Virus record (IMG/VR): IMGVR_UViG_3300033074_002123
Location: 110,393 to 130,392 of that record
Length of the DNA stretch: 20,000 bases
DNA from: an uncultured virus (IMG/VR IMGVR_UViG_3300033074_002123)
Lineage: Duplodnaviria > Heunggongvirae > Uroviricota > Caudoviricetes
Strand: one strand, 5' to 3'
Of this stretch, positions 1 to 7,660 are shown piece after piece; within the stretch, counting starts at the first letter, position 1, and each line of letters starts with the position of its first letter. The notes beneath the pieces were generated by a model. The model was not told the origin of the DNA. It did not search any database and saw only the letters and a list, made by a program, of their open reading frames with translations. A program made the translations under genes and the position numbers.

Positions 1-278
1 ATAGTACCTACTATAGTATGAGCAGAACCATCCCAAGTAAAATTGGCATCTCCTTCTATAGTAGAAGCTGTTTTCCATATAGCAATTTGATTATCTACTG
101 GAGTTCCATAAATTCCTACTGTTCCAGAACCAAGTCTAGTTGCTACACCAGCATCATCAACATCATACCAACCATCAGTACGAGCTTCCAACCTTCTATA
201 ACCAGAGGTAGCAGCTCCAGCATTAGAAACCTTAAGAGCTTCTAAGCCTTTTTGAATTTTAAGATTATAAATTGACAT
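1..278 (-). CDS. Partial gene running off the window edge; probable second tail fibre / fibre-like virion protein (N-terminal 92 aa)
   Basis: Not in the ORF track; translated by hand from the ATG at 278: MSIYNLKIQKGLEALKVSNAGAATSGYRRLEARTDGWYDVDDAGVATRLGSGTVGIYGTPVDNQIAIWKTASTIEGDANFTWDGSAHTIVGT, open to the edge. GTPVDNQIAIW...IEGDANFTWDG resembles GSGEADQVAYF...LGGNNAFIYNSG in the upstream fibre. A promoter-like motif lies just upstream. Confidence 0.75.
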   Translation of the reverse strand, partial: MSIYNLKIQKGLEALKVSNAGAATSGYRRLEARTDGWYDVDDAGVATRLGSGTVGIYGTPVDNQIAIWKTASTIEGDANFTWDGSAHTIVGT

Positions 279-296
279 GATTTTAAAATTATTTTA

Positions 297-328
297 TAAA
301 GATATGAATTTTTTTTAATAAAACCAAA
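297..328 (-). promoter_or_regulatory. Bacteroidota-type primary-sigma promoter variant (TTTG-N20-TATCTTTA)
   Basis: Minus strand reads TTTG gttttattaaaaaaaattca TATCTTTA taaaa, ending 18 nt before the ATG at 278. Matches the -33/-7 consensus TTTG-N19-21-TAnnTTTG except the last base. The same architecture recurs at 16060-16090. Confidence 0.6.
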
Positions 329-359
329 CTAGAACCATTTTTTTGTGTTATCTCTTTAA

Positions 360-3300
360 CTAAACTGCTGTAAATTTACCAGCAAAATTCCAACTCCCAC
401 TTACTCTCTGTTCAATTATTAAATGACCAAATCCATCATCATATAACCTCCAACTACCATTTGTATCTTCATTCCCAATATAAAACTTCTTATCTATAGG
501 AATTTTTAAATCTTGTCTAACAGTAACTAAAGAACTTTCTACTGTAATAAGACTAGTTTTTGATAATTGAATATCAAGTTTAGTTTCAGCATTAATTATA
601 GCTTGTGTTCCAGTATGACTAAATTTAAAGTATTTAGAATTATCAATCAAATGTAATAAAGAAGTAGGTTCAATAATGTGATTACCTATACCAACATTTG
701 AATTTCTATAAATAGAAGAACCAATTAAACTCCACAAATCTGCTGGGAGATCGGAATATGTAACTTCCTTAGTAGAAGAATCATAATAAAGAACTTGTGT
801 TTGAGAAGCAGCTTTTAAAGTATGAAAATAAGGCTTAGAATATAAATTAATAGCTCCTGTTGTATCTACAGAATTTCCATATAAATTTAAACTCTCTGTA
901 GTTAAAGTTCCACCCTTTATAATTTGACCTCCTGCTCTTCCTCCCAACAAAACATATTGTAAGTGATCATCATGTTCTAAACCAGTTAACTGACTATGGT
1001 CTCCAGTAGAACCAAAACCTGCTTTAACCAAAGCACAATAATCAACATACAAATAGTGATTTGTATTTCCTGTAGCTGCATGATAAAATCTTATCTTTGC
1101 TTCACCTCCACTTGTATGTTCACTTGGGTCTGGGATAGAAATTTCTATCCATTCATAATTAGCTTGAGATTGTAAAAGCGTTATATAATCTTCCCAAATA
1201 CTATCTCCATAATCCCACATTTGAACTTTAACATCATGATTCCCAGTATAATAACATCTTAGCCATAATCTAGTAGGAGAATGAACAATGCCTGAAAATA
1301 TTAATTCAACATCAAAACCTGGAACTCCTGTTACTTCTCTTATTGTCCAAGCTACATTATCATGAACATTAGTGGTTAAATAAGTTCCTGAAGTCTGTGT
1401 CCCTTTTGTTATAACAGAACCAGTAGCTAAATAAATATATTGACTTATGGCTTCATCTACATAAGTCTTAACAGCTGAAGATGTTGGAATTCTGGTATTA
1501 TAATCTGAAAGAGTAGTTTCTATCAAACCCACAGATGCACCAGAAGCACTTAATTGTAAGTTACCATATATTCTCACTAAATCATTGTCAAATTCTCCAT
1601 AAATTAAAGGAGTAGCTGATTGAGAATTTTCAATATAAAGTTTATTACTTCCAGTTTCATTATAACCAGCAGAATAACCTAAAAAAACATTATAACTACC
1701 TAAAGTATTAAACCCAGTAAGTCCACCAATATATGTATTGTAAGAGCCTGTTTCATTCAAATTACCTGCAGCTGAACCTACTCCAACATTATAAGAACCA
1801 CTTAATGTACTTTTTAAAGCCTGATACCCAATAGCAACACCACTACTTCCTGTTGTTAAAAGACCAAAGGCTTCAAAACCTACAGCTGTAACCCCTTGAG
1901 CCTCTGTTAAGTTCTTACTTGCTAAAGCACCAACAGCAGTATTAAATCTACCTGTAGTATTTGAATTTAAAGCAAATTGTCCAACACCTACTAGAGAAGT
2001 TCCCTGTATTCCTGTTGACCCTGTTAAAGTTAAATTTCCTGCACTCTTACCTACAAAAATATTACTAGCATTCCCACTTAAATCAAAGTCATGTAAAAAA
2101 GTATTTATACCCTTATAAAAAACCCCTAAAACAGAACTTTGATTAGAAGCAACTGGCATTTTAAAATTCTGAGTTATTTCTAATTGTTCACTAGGAGTGT
2201 CTATACCAATTCCTACCCAATCACCTAAATTAGTTGGATAGAGAAAAGCAGGACCTTCTTCAGGAATAGTTCTAGTCCAATAATTATCTTCTTGTATTAT
2301 TGTTTCCCAAGATAAAACCCCTCCAGCATTTACCCTTAAAAATTTATTTTCTTCATAAAGAGAAGGCCATGTATAAGAAGAATTTCCTCCTGGGTCTTCA
2401 TCAGCTACTGCAAAAGTAACTGAACTAGTTGTACTATAAAGAGCAAGAAATCCATGAGTTCCTTCACCAACCCCTATATGTAATACTCCTGAATTATAAA
2501 TAAAAGCATTATTTCCACCAAGTACATTAGTATCTACAAAATAAGCAACCTGGTCTGCTTCTCCTGAACCTGAAATAACCCCTGAAAGATCTACTTCAAA
2601 CCAAGATAAAGTCCCACTAGCAGAAGAAATTAAAACTCCATAATCAACCTCTGGATATGCTGTTGGCCAAGAATAATCTTGAGATTCTGTAGTAGCTACT
2701 GAAGAATGAAAAGAAACCCCATAATCTGTTTCACCATCATAAAAAGTTAATAATCCTAATTCAGATTGCTCAGACTCAATATCTCCTAAAATTATACCAT
2801 GTAAATGTAAATTATCAAACTCACTATAATAAACAACATTATCTATTACATTTCCTTTTTTATATAAAACCCACTCTCCCTTAATTGAAGAAGCATTTCT
2901 AAACAAACCAGAAGTACTTATAACTTGTCCTACACCATCATAATAAGTTCCATAAATCCCTATATCAAGCAAATCAGAAACAGAATTATTTCTAGCTAAA
3001 TGAATTAAAGAATCTTCTATAGAAAGAGTTTCTGTATCAATTATAGTTTGAGTCCCCCAAACTGTTAAGTTTCCTAAAATTACTACTGTAGAAAGAGCTT
3101 CTCCTATAGTAATATTATTAGCACCAGTATTACTCCACAAATTATGAGCACCAGCTTCTTCTCCAATTATATCATTAACAACTTTTATTGAATTTGGTAA
3201 ACCAATTTGTAAAGTTTGATCATCAGCCCTAGTTTCTATTTCATCTTCAGTTCCAATTATATTTAAAGTTTGAGAGTCTAAATCTATAGAACCAGTTCCA

Positions 3301-3548
3301 CTATCACCAGCAAAATTTAAAGTAACAGCTGTTAATTCATTATAAGTAACAAACCTTCTCCACTCATTAATAGCCCCTCCATAATATCCCCAAAAACCTT
3401 CTTCTCCTAATTCACTATGATAATACATTTGTCCACCAACAGCTGTAAAAGCAGTAGGAATTGCAGAACTAGGGTGAATAACAGGATAAAGTAATCCTTT
3501 ATTTCTAAGATTTAAGGGATTAAAATATTCTAATTCAAAGCCAGGCAT
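360..3548 (-). CDS. Mosaic tail fibre / receptor-binding protein (1062 aa)
   Basis: Lies after the baseplate genes. Contains motifs I recognise from fibre proteins: FAGDSGTGSIDLDSQTL; GNLTVWGTQTIIDTETLSIEDSLI; two YxWP...GxLSW repeats; two VGIG...P motifs; 14-aa NxAVGxxA beta-roll repeats ending NKLYIENS...PLIYGEFD; PTSSAVKTYVD; DHSQLTGLEHDDHLQY; C-terminal GSWRL...QRVSGSW. Confidence 0.8.
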   Translation of the reverse strand: MPGFELEYFNPLNLRNKGLLYPVIHPSSAIPTAFTAVGGQMYYHSELGEEGFWGYYGGAINEWRRFVTYNELTAVTLNFAGDSGTGSIDLDSQTLNIIGTEDEIETRADDQTLQIGLPNSIKVVNDIIGEEAGAHNLWSNTGANNITIGEALSTVVILGNLTVWGTQTIIDTETLSIEDSLIHLARNNSVSDLLDIGIYGTYYDGVGQVISTSGLFRNASSIKGEWVLYKKGNVIDNVVYYSEFDNLHLHGIILGDIESEQSELGLLTFYDGETDYGVSFHSSVATTESQDYSWPTAYPEVDYGVLISSASGTLSWFEVDLSGVISGSGEADQVAYFVDTNVLGGNNAFIYNSGVLHIGVGEGTHGFLALYSTTSSVTFAVADEDPGGNSSYTWPSLYEENKFLRVNAGGVLSWETIIQEDNYWTRTIPEEGPAFLYPTNLGDWVGIGIDTPSEQLEITQNFKMPVASNQSSVLGVFYKGINTFLHDFDLSGNASNIFVGKSAGNLTLTGSTGIQGTSLVGVGQFALNSNTTGRFNTAVGALASKNLTEAQGVTAVGFEAFGLLTTGSSGVAIGYQALKSTLSGSYNVGVGSAAGNLNETGSYNTYIGGLTGFNTLGSYNVFLGYSAGYNETGSNKLYIENSQSATPLIYGEFDNDLVRIYGNLQLSASGASVGLIETTLSDYNTRIPTSSAVKTYVDEAISQYIYLATGSVITKGTQTSGTYLTTNVHDNVAWTIREVTGVPGFDVELIFSGIVHSPTRLWLRCYYTGNHDVKVQMWDYGDSIWEDYITLLQSQANYEWIEISIPDPSEHTSGGEAKIRFYHAATGNTNHYLYVDYCALVKAGFGSTGDHSQLTGLEHDDHLQYVLLGGRAGGQIIKGGTLTTESLNLYGNSVDTTGAINLYSKPYFHTLKAASQTQVLYYDSSTKEVTYSDLPADLWSLIGSSIYRNSNVGIGNHIIEPTSLLHLIDNSKYFKFSHTGTQAIINAETKLDIQLSKTSLITVESSLVTVRQDLKIPIDKKFYIGNEDTNGSWRLYDDGFGHLIIEQRVSGSWNFAGKFTAV

Positions 3549-3556
3549 TCTAAAAG

Positions 3557-4156
3557 CTAATTATAAAGTAAAGTTCCTACAAAATTTTCTTCTGATTCAA
3601 TTCTTACACTCCAATTATCAATATGAAGAACATACATATTTACTTCCAATCCTTTAGAATCCAAAATTGTAATAGCAGGTTTTCTGCCTAAATTGTGAGA
3701 GTAATCAAAAGGAATCCCACCTGTTAAATTTAAAGTTACAGTTTTATTTTTATCTCTTGATTTTATTCCTAAAAGAATAAACCAATATTGACCTACTTCA
3801 GCTTCAATCCCACCTGGATTGGTGGTTCTACACACTAAAATATCTGTTTCCCAACCTAATTTCCCACCAACCCCACCAGCATAACCATCATAACTTATTA
3901 TCCAATAATCGCCTGGAGAACCTACTGGGTAATCTGGATTAGTAGAAAGGTCTATATAACCTTTAAAAGTAAAATTACCACCACCAGGTACTCCACCTGA
4001 ATCAATTAAAGGTACCCATTCTTGTAAAGGAACATCCCAATAATAATGTAGATATACTCCGATATTTGTATTATACCAAAGCATAGCTGTATTAATAGGA
4101 GGCGTAGTTCCTACATGAATAGCTTTAATTAAACCAAGATTTATACTATCTGGCAT
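3557..4156 (-). CDS. Small fibre/baseplate-associated virion protein (199 aa, three short modules)
   Basis: N-terminal AIHVGTTPP...LWYNT, central FKGYIDLSTNPDYP...GDYWII...YW, and C-terminal HNLGRKPAITILDS...FVGTLLYN. I recall all three from phage fibre-associated proteins. Function not established. Confidence 0.55.
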   Translation of the reverse strand: MPDSINLGLIKAIHVGTTPPINTAMLWYNTNIGVYLHYYWDVPLQEWVPLIDSGGVPGGGNFTFKGYIDLSTNPDYPVGSPGDYWIISYDGYAGGVGGKLGWETDILVCRTTNPGGIEAEVGQYWFILLGIKSRDKNKTVTLNLTGGIPFDYSHNLGRKPAITILDSKGLEVNMYVLHIDNWSVRIESEENFVGTLLYN

Positions 4157-4159
4157 TTT

Positions 4160-4474
4160 TTAAGGTATTGTATATATTAAATAACCTTCACTATCAATAG
4201 AATAATTCTCAACTTGAGCTGAATTTTCACCTTCAATTAAATCCAACTCCCCCATAGCATTTACATTGGGTAAGATATGCTCAGGTATTTGATTTGCTGT
4301 CCCTAATCCTTCTCCTTCTAAAAATGAAACTTGATTAATCATTCCAATTTCTTCAGCTAAAAATACTTTTAATAAATCTAAATCACTAACTTTCCAATAC
4401 CAAGTATAAACCTCTATATCTAGCCAAAATATAGTAATAATTGTTAACGTTGGTATAACTACTGTCTGCCCCAT
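4160..4474 (-). CDS. Hypothetical acidic protein (104 aa), probably baseplate/fibre associated
   Basis: Separated from both neighbours by only 3 nt; directly follows baseplate J; ends YSIDSEGYLIY. No confident family. Confidence 0.55.
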   Translation of the reverse strand: MGQTVVIPTLTIITIFWLDIEVYTWYWKVSDLDLLKVFLAEEIGMINQVSFLEGEGLGTANQIPEHILPNVNAMGELDLIEGENSAQVENYSIDSEGYLIYTIP

Positions 4475-4477
4475 ATA

Positions 4478-5680
4478 TTAAATGTCTGATAAAACCGTAG
4501 CCCAATATGAAAAATCGGGGTTATTAGGATAATATAAAGGTTGTAAAGTACCTGAAACATTAGAAATAATATTACCATCTAAATCCATCATTATAAAACC
4601 TCTCATTAAGGGTAGCTTATATTTTTCAATTGCTACATCTGAATTTGGGGTAAAATAAGTATCAGGGACATACCTAACTCCTCTAGTATTTTTAACTAAT
4701 TGTAACAAATTATCCCATTCTACTTTACCCTTACTTTCACTCCAATATCTATAATCAAAATATTTTGAAAACTTAACTTGAATATCTTTTCTAACATCAT
4801 CAGCACTATAACCTTGCCATAAATCACAACGAAAACTTACATCAATAAGTTGATAAACAACATTTTTAATTTGAATACCATAATTAATTCCACCAACTGA
4901 TTGAAGTTCCACTAAAGAAAAATAAGCTTGTCCATATTCAAGTAAATCATCTCTTTCTTGTTGAGTTAAATCAACTCCATTTTGAGTAGCTACAGCTAAA
5001 ATAACCTCTCCATTCTCATTGAAGCCTTGATGATAAACTTTAAGAATGTTAGTATTAATTTTCATGAAAACTTGTTCTAACATAGCTAAAGTCCCTTTAG
5101 CTAAAATATTAGCACCTTCCTTTATTCTTTTCCTAAAATAATCATCTTGCTCAATATCTCTTCCTCCACTTGCCTTATATTCATTAATAACATACCTGTG
5201 ACCTACAGGAACAGGAGAAATTTTAGTTATAGTCAAAGCATCAACATTAGCTATATCACCTAATTGATCACTTCTTAATTTAACATAGCCCCAACCATGA
5301 GAACCAAGTGTAAGGTTTTGTTGTAATGAAAAGGTAATACCACTAGCTCCAGAAAAAATATGAGTACCAGCAACATAAGCCGTTCCTGGATTACCTACTA
5401 CCCTAGCATAAACATAACTACTAGCTGATTCAAACCTTTGAGCAACTCCAAAGATTTCAGCTGAATTATCTAAATAATCACCAAAAGCAGCATCAGGAAA
5501 AAGATGACCTTCTAAAATAGCTATTTCTTTTAAGACCTTTTGTCCTACTTTAGCTACTCCATAACTAATCCCACTTAAAACAGATTCATCTGAAACTTTT
5601 GTAACTTTATCTGTTTTGCTTAATAAAACTTCAACAAAAATTTGTTTTAGTTCTTCAATTGTAGAAACTTGGGTTATCAT
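4478..5680 (-). CDS. Baseplate wedge protein, baseplate J / T4 gp6-like (400 aa)
   Basis: Hallmark motifs FPDAAFGDYLD...FGVAQR, GDIANVDALTITKI and GGRDIEQDDYFRKRI; follows the gp25-like gene with an ATGA overlap. Confidence 0.9.
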   Translation of the reverse strand: MITQVSTIEELKQIFVEVLLSKTDKVTKVSDESVLSGISYGVAKVGQKVLKEIAILEGHLFPDAAFGDYLDNSAEIFGVAQRFESASSYVYARVVGNPGTAYVAGTHIFSGASGITFSLQQNLTLGSHGWGYVKLRSDQLGDIANVDALTITKISPVPVGHRYVINEYKASGGRDIEQDDYFRKRIKEGANILAKGTLAMLEQVFMKINTNILKVYHQGFNENGEVILAVATQNGVDLTQQERDDLLEYGQAYFSLVELQSVGGINYGIQIKNVVYQLIDVSFRCDLWQGYSADDVRKDIQVKFSKYFDYRYWSESKGKVEWDNLLQLVKNTRGVRYVPDTYFTPNSDVAIEKYKLPLMRGFIMMDLDGNIISNVSGTLQPLYYPNNPDFSYWATVLSDI

Positions 5681-6621
5681 TTGTTAAAATATATTGTTTT
5701 GTTTAATAATAAATCACCATAAACTGTTCTAATTTCAGCTTCTATAAAAACAGCATCTTGATAAAAACCTACATTAGTAATAGAAAAAGAAGAAAAAGTA
5801 TCATCTTTAGAAAAGAGAGAATAATATTGTCTAAAAATAACAGGAAAAGCAATGGCTTTTAAGTTAGAGCCAACTATAATACTTGAAGAAATTCCATCAT
5901 CAGGGAATTCTGGAACATCTCCTTTATTCAAATTACAAAGAATATCACAAGCTTGTTGAATAGTCTCTTTATAAGTAAGAACTTTTAAGTCATCATCCAC
6001 AAAAGTAATTGTTCTATCTAAATCTTTCCCATACATTTTTTCACCCTCTAAATTATCAACAACACTTTCTAAATAATTAATGGGATAGGTTTTATCAAAA
6101 ACAATTTTTAATAAAACTCCTCCTTTATTAGAATATTCTTCTTCAGTTAAATCATTTTTAACAGCTAAATCTACCCAATTATTGTCAAAATCAGAATTTT
6201 GTAAAGTTAATCTAGAAATTGTTTCTAAAGTTTCATTTTGTTTTAACCCATATTCAGATTGGATTCCTTCATTATAATTAAGGTTAGTTATAGGAGACCT
6301 CAAGAATTTAGAACTCTTTTTTATTATTTCTAAACTCTTGATAATATCCTCAATCTTATCCAATAAATTCCAATCAGCTATATTGATAAAAGACTCCCTG
6401 TTTAAATAAAAAATTTCTTCAACTTTTTTAGCTTCAGTTAATAAAATATCTAATTTTGAAAAAGCAACAGAATCAGCTACTCTAAAGTTACCAGCATAAT
6501 AATCAATTATTTTTCTTGAATCAACTTCAATAAAAGCAACATAATAATCTATCAAAGAATAGATATCATAGCCTGTTATTTTAACAAAATCAGATATAGT
6601 AGTTTCTTTAAAAGGTAACAT
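5677..6621 (-). CDS. Baseplate wedge / sheath initiator: helical N-domain + LysM-like domain + gp25/GPW-like domain (314 aa)
   Basis: LysM-like YGLKQNETLETISR...WVDLAVKNDL and gp25-like GKDLD...DDDLKVL...IQQA...KGDVPEFPDDGI. Start moved from 6687 to the ATG at 6621 (MLPFKE), which cuts the overlap with the upstream gene from 80 nt to 14 nt. Confidence 0.75.
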   Translation of the reverse strand: MLPFKETTISDFVKITGYDIYSLIDYYVAFIEVDSRKIIDYYAGNFRVADSVAFSKLDILLTEAKKVEEIFYLNRESFINIADWNLLDKIEDIIKSLEIIKKSSKFLRSPITNLNYNEGIQSEYGLKQNETLETISRLTLQNSDFDNNWVDLAVKNDLTEEEYSNKGGVLLKIVFDKTYPINYLESVVDNLEGEKMYGKDLDRTITFVDDDLKVLTYKETIQQACDILCNLNKGDVPEFPDDGISSSIIVGSNLKAIAFPVIFRQYYSLFSKDDTFSSFSITNVGFYQDAVFIEAEIRTVYGDLLLNKTIYFNK

Positions 6622-7414
6622 AGCCAAAAGGATTGCCAATTTCGTTTGGAGAAGGAATTTTATTTGCTGGGAATAGATTATAATCACTATTAGGATATTT
6701 AACAGCTAAAGCTACTTCAGAAGCTAAAAGATCTATTACCTTAGTCATGTTATCAAACATCAAAGTTTTCCTTAAAGAATTTCTCTTGTGACCTTTTTCA
6801 TAAATAGGAGAAACAGCAGATAAAGACAAAGAATAAGTCCAAATCATATTTAAGTCCTTAGATTGAGATAACTTCAAATCAGTTAATTCTACTATCCAAC
6901 TATGCCCTAAAGAAGGATTATAAAAATAAGTTCTATAAGGGTAACCCTCATGACTTAAACCACTTGATTTTTCATATAGGTGTTCAAATAATTTAATAGC
7001 CCCATATCCTGTTTTAACTTTTGGGTCAAAATATTTGTGTTTTAAATGAAAGGGGAACTTTAAATGAAGTAATCCACCTTCTACTTCAGTTTGTCCTATT
7101 AACATCTTAAATTTCTTACCAAAATTACCACTTAAAACATACTGTTTAGGAATAAAACTATCTGTTTTTAAACTAGTAATTCCACCAGCAGACTTTTTAA
7201 TATTAGTAATTTTAGAAGAAGTATATTGAATTTGTTCTGGCATTACAGGAAATACAAATAAATCAGTTGTAATTGTATCTCCATTATCTTTTATTTTAGC
7301 TAATTCAATAGAACAAATATAATATTCAAAATCATTAGGAAATAGCCAATGAAGATAAGATTTTCCTATTGATTGAACTAATTGTAAATATCTACTTCTA
7401 ACTAAATCATCCAT
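6608..7414 (-). CDS. Putative tail tube initiator / baseplate-tube junction protein (268 aa)
   Basis: FVFPVMPEQIQY...TNIKKSAGG...YVLSGNFG...WTYSLSL fits tube-fold baseplate proteins; sits between spike and wedge as in SPO1/K-like modules. Confidence 0.6.
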   Translation of the reverse strand: MDDLVRSRYLQLVQSIGKSYLHWLFPNDFEYYICSIELAKIKDNGDTITTDLFVFPVMPEQIQYTSSKITNIKKSAGGITSLKTDSFIPKQYVLSGNFGKKFKMLIGQTEVEGGLLHLKFPFHLKHKYFDPKVKTGYGAIKLFEHLYEKSSGLSHEGYPYRTYFYNPSLGHSWIVELTDLKLSQSKDLNMIWTYSLSLSAVSPIYEKGHKRNSLRKTLMFDNMTKVIDLLASEVALAVKYPNSDYNLFPANKIPSPNEIGNPFGYVTF

Positions 7415-7659
7415 TATACAAGTCCTCCTATAATTTGAGCAATACTAGTAGCTGTACCTGGGAAACCACCAGCTATAACAGTAGTATTAGTAGGATTAAT
7501 AGCACCTGGTTGAAGAACAACTTCAGCTGAATGAATAGCATCAGTTATAATCTTTGCTAAATCAGAAGCAAATAATTGAATAGCTGCTTCTGGGTCTTCT
7601 AACCCATTTCCTTTAACAGAATTTACAATTTGTTGTTGAATATATGCTTGATTAACCAT
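7414..7659 (-). CDS. Small protein after the spike; candidate spike tip (81 aa)
   Basis: Two amphipathic helices (FASDLAKIITDAIHSAEV) followed by a Gly/Thr/Pro-rich beta segment; 1 nt downstream of the spike gene; TAATG coupling to the next gene. Confidence 0.5.
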   Translation of the reverse strand: MVNQAYIQQQIVNSVKGNGLEDPEAAIQLFASDLAKIITDAIHSAEVVLQPGAINPTNTTVIAGGFPGTATSIAQIIGGLV

Positions 7660-7660
7660 A

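Noticed and set aside
349..3559. Possible TAG reassignment (code 15), since two genes end in TAG
   Set aside because: Reading through the TAG at 360-362 adds only about 4 residues, and the TAG at 3557-3559 is out of frame with the next gene. Genes tile the window fully under the standard code.
4154..4480. Baseplate J, the 104-aa and the 199-aa genes are in one frame, each separated by a TAA plus one codon
   Set aside because: Could suggest read-through or a split gene, but TAA is rarely read through, each ORF has its own ATG, and such spacing is common by chance.
6622..6687. Longer 336-aa start for the LysM/gp25 gene given in the ORF track
   Set aside because: It requires an 80-nt overlap with the upstream gene; the ATG at 6621 is more plausible.
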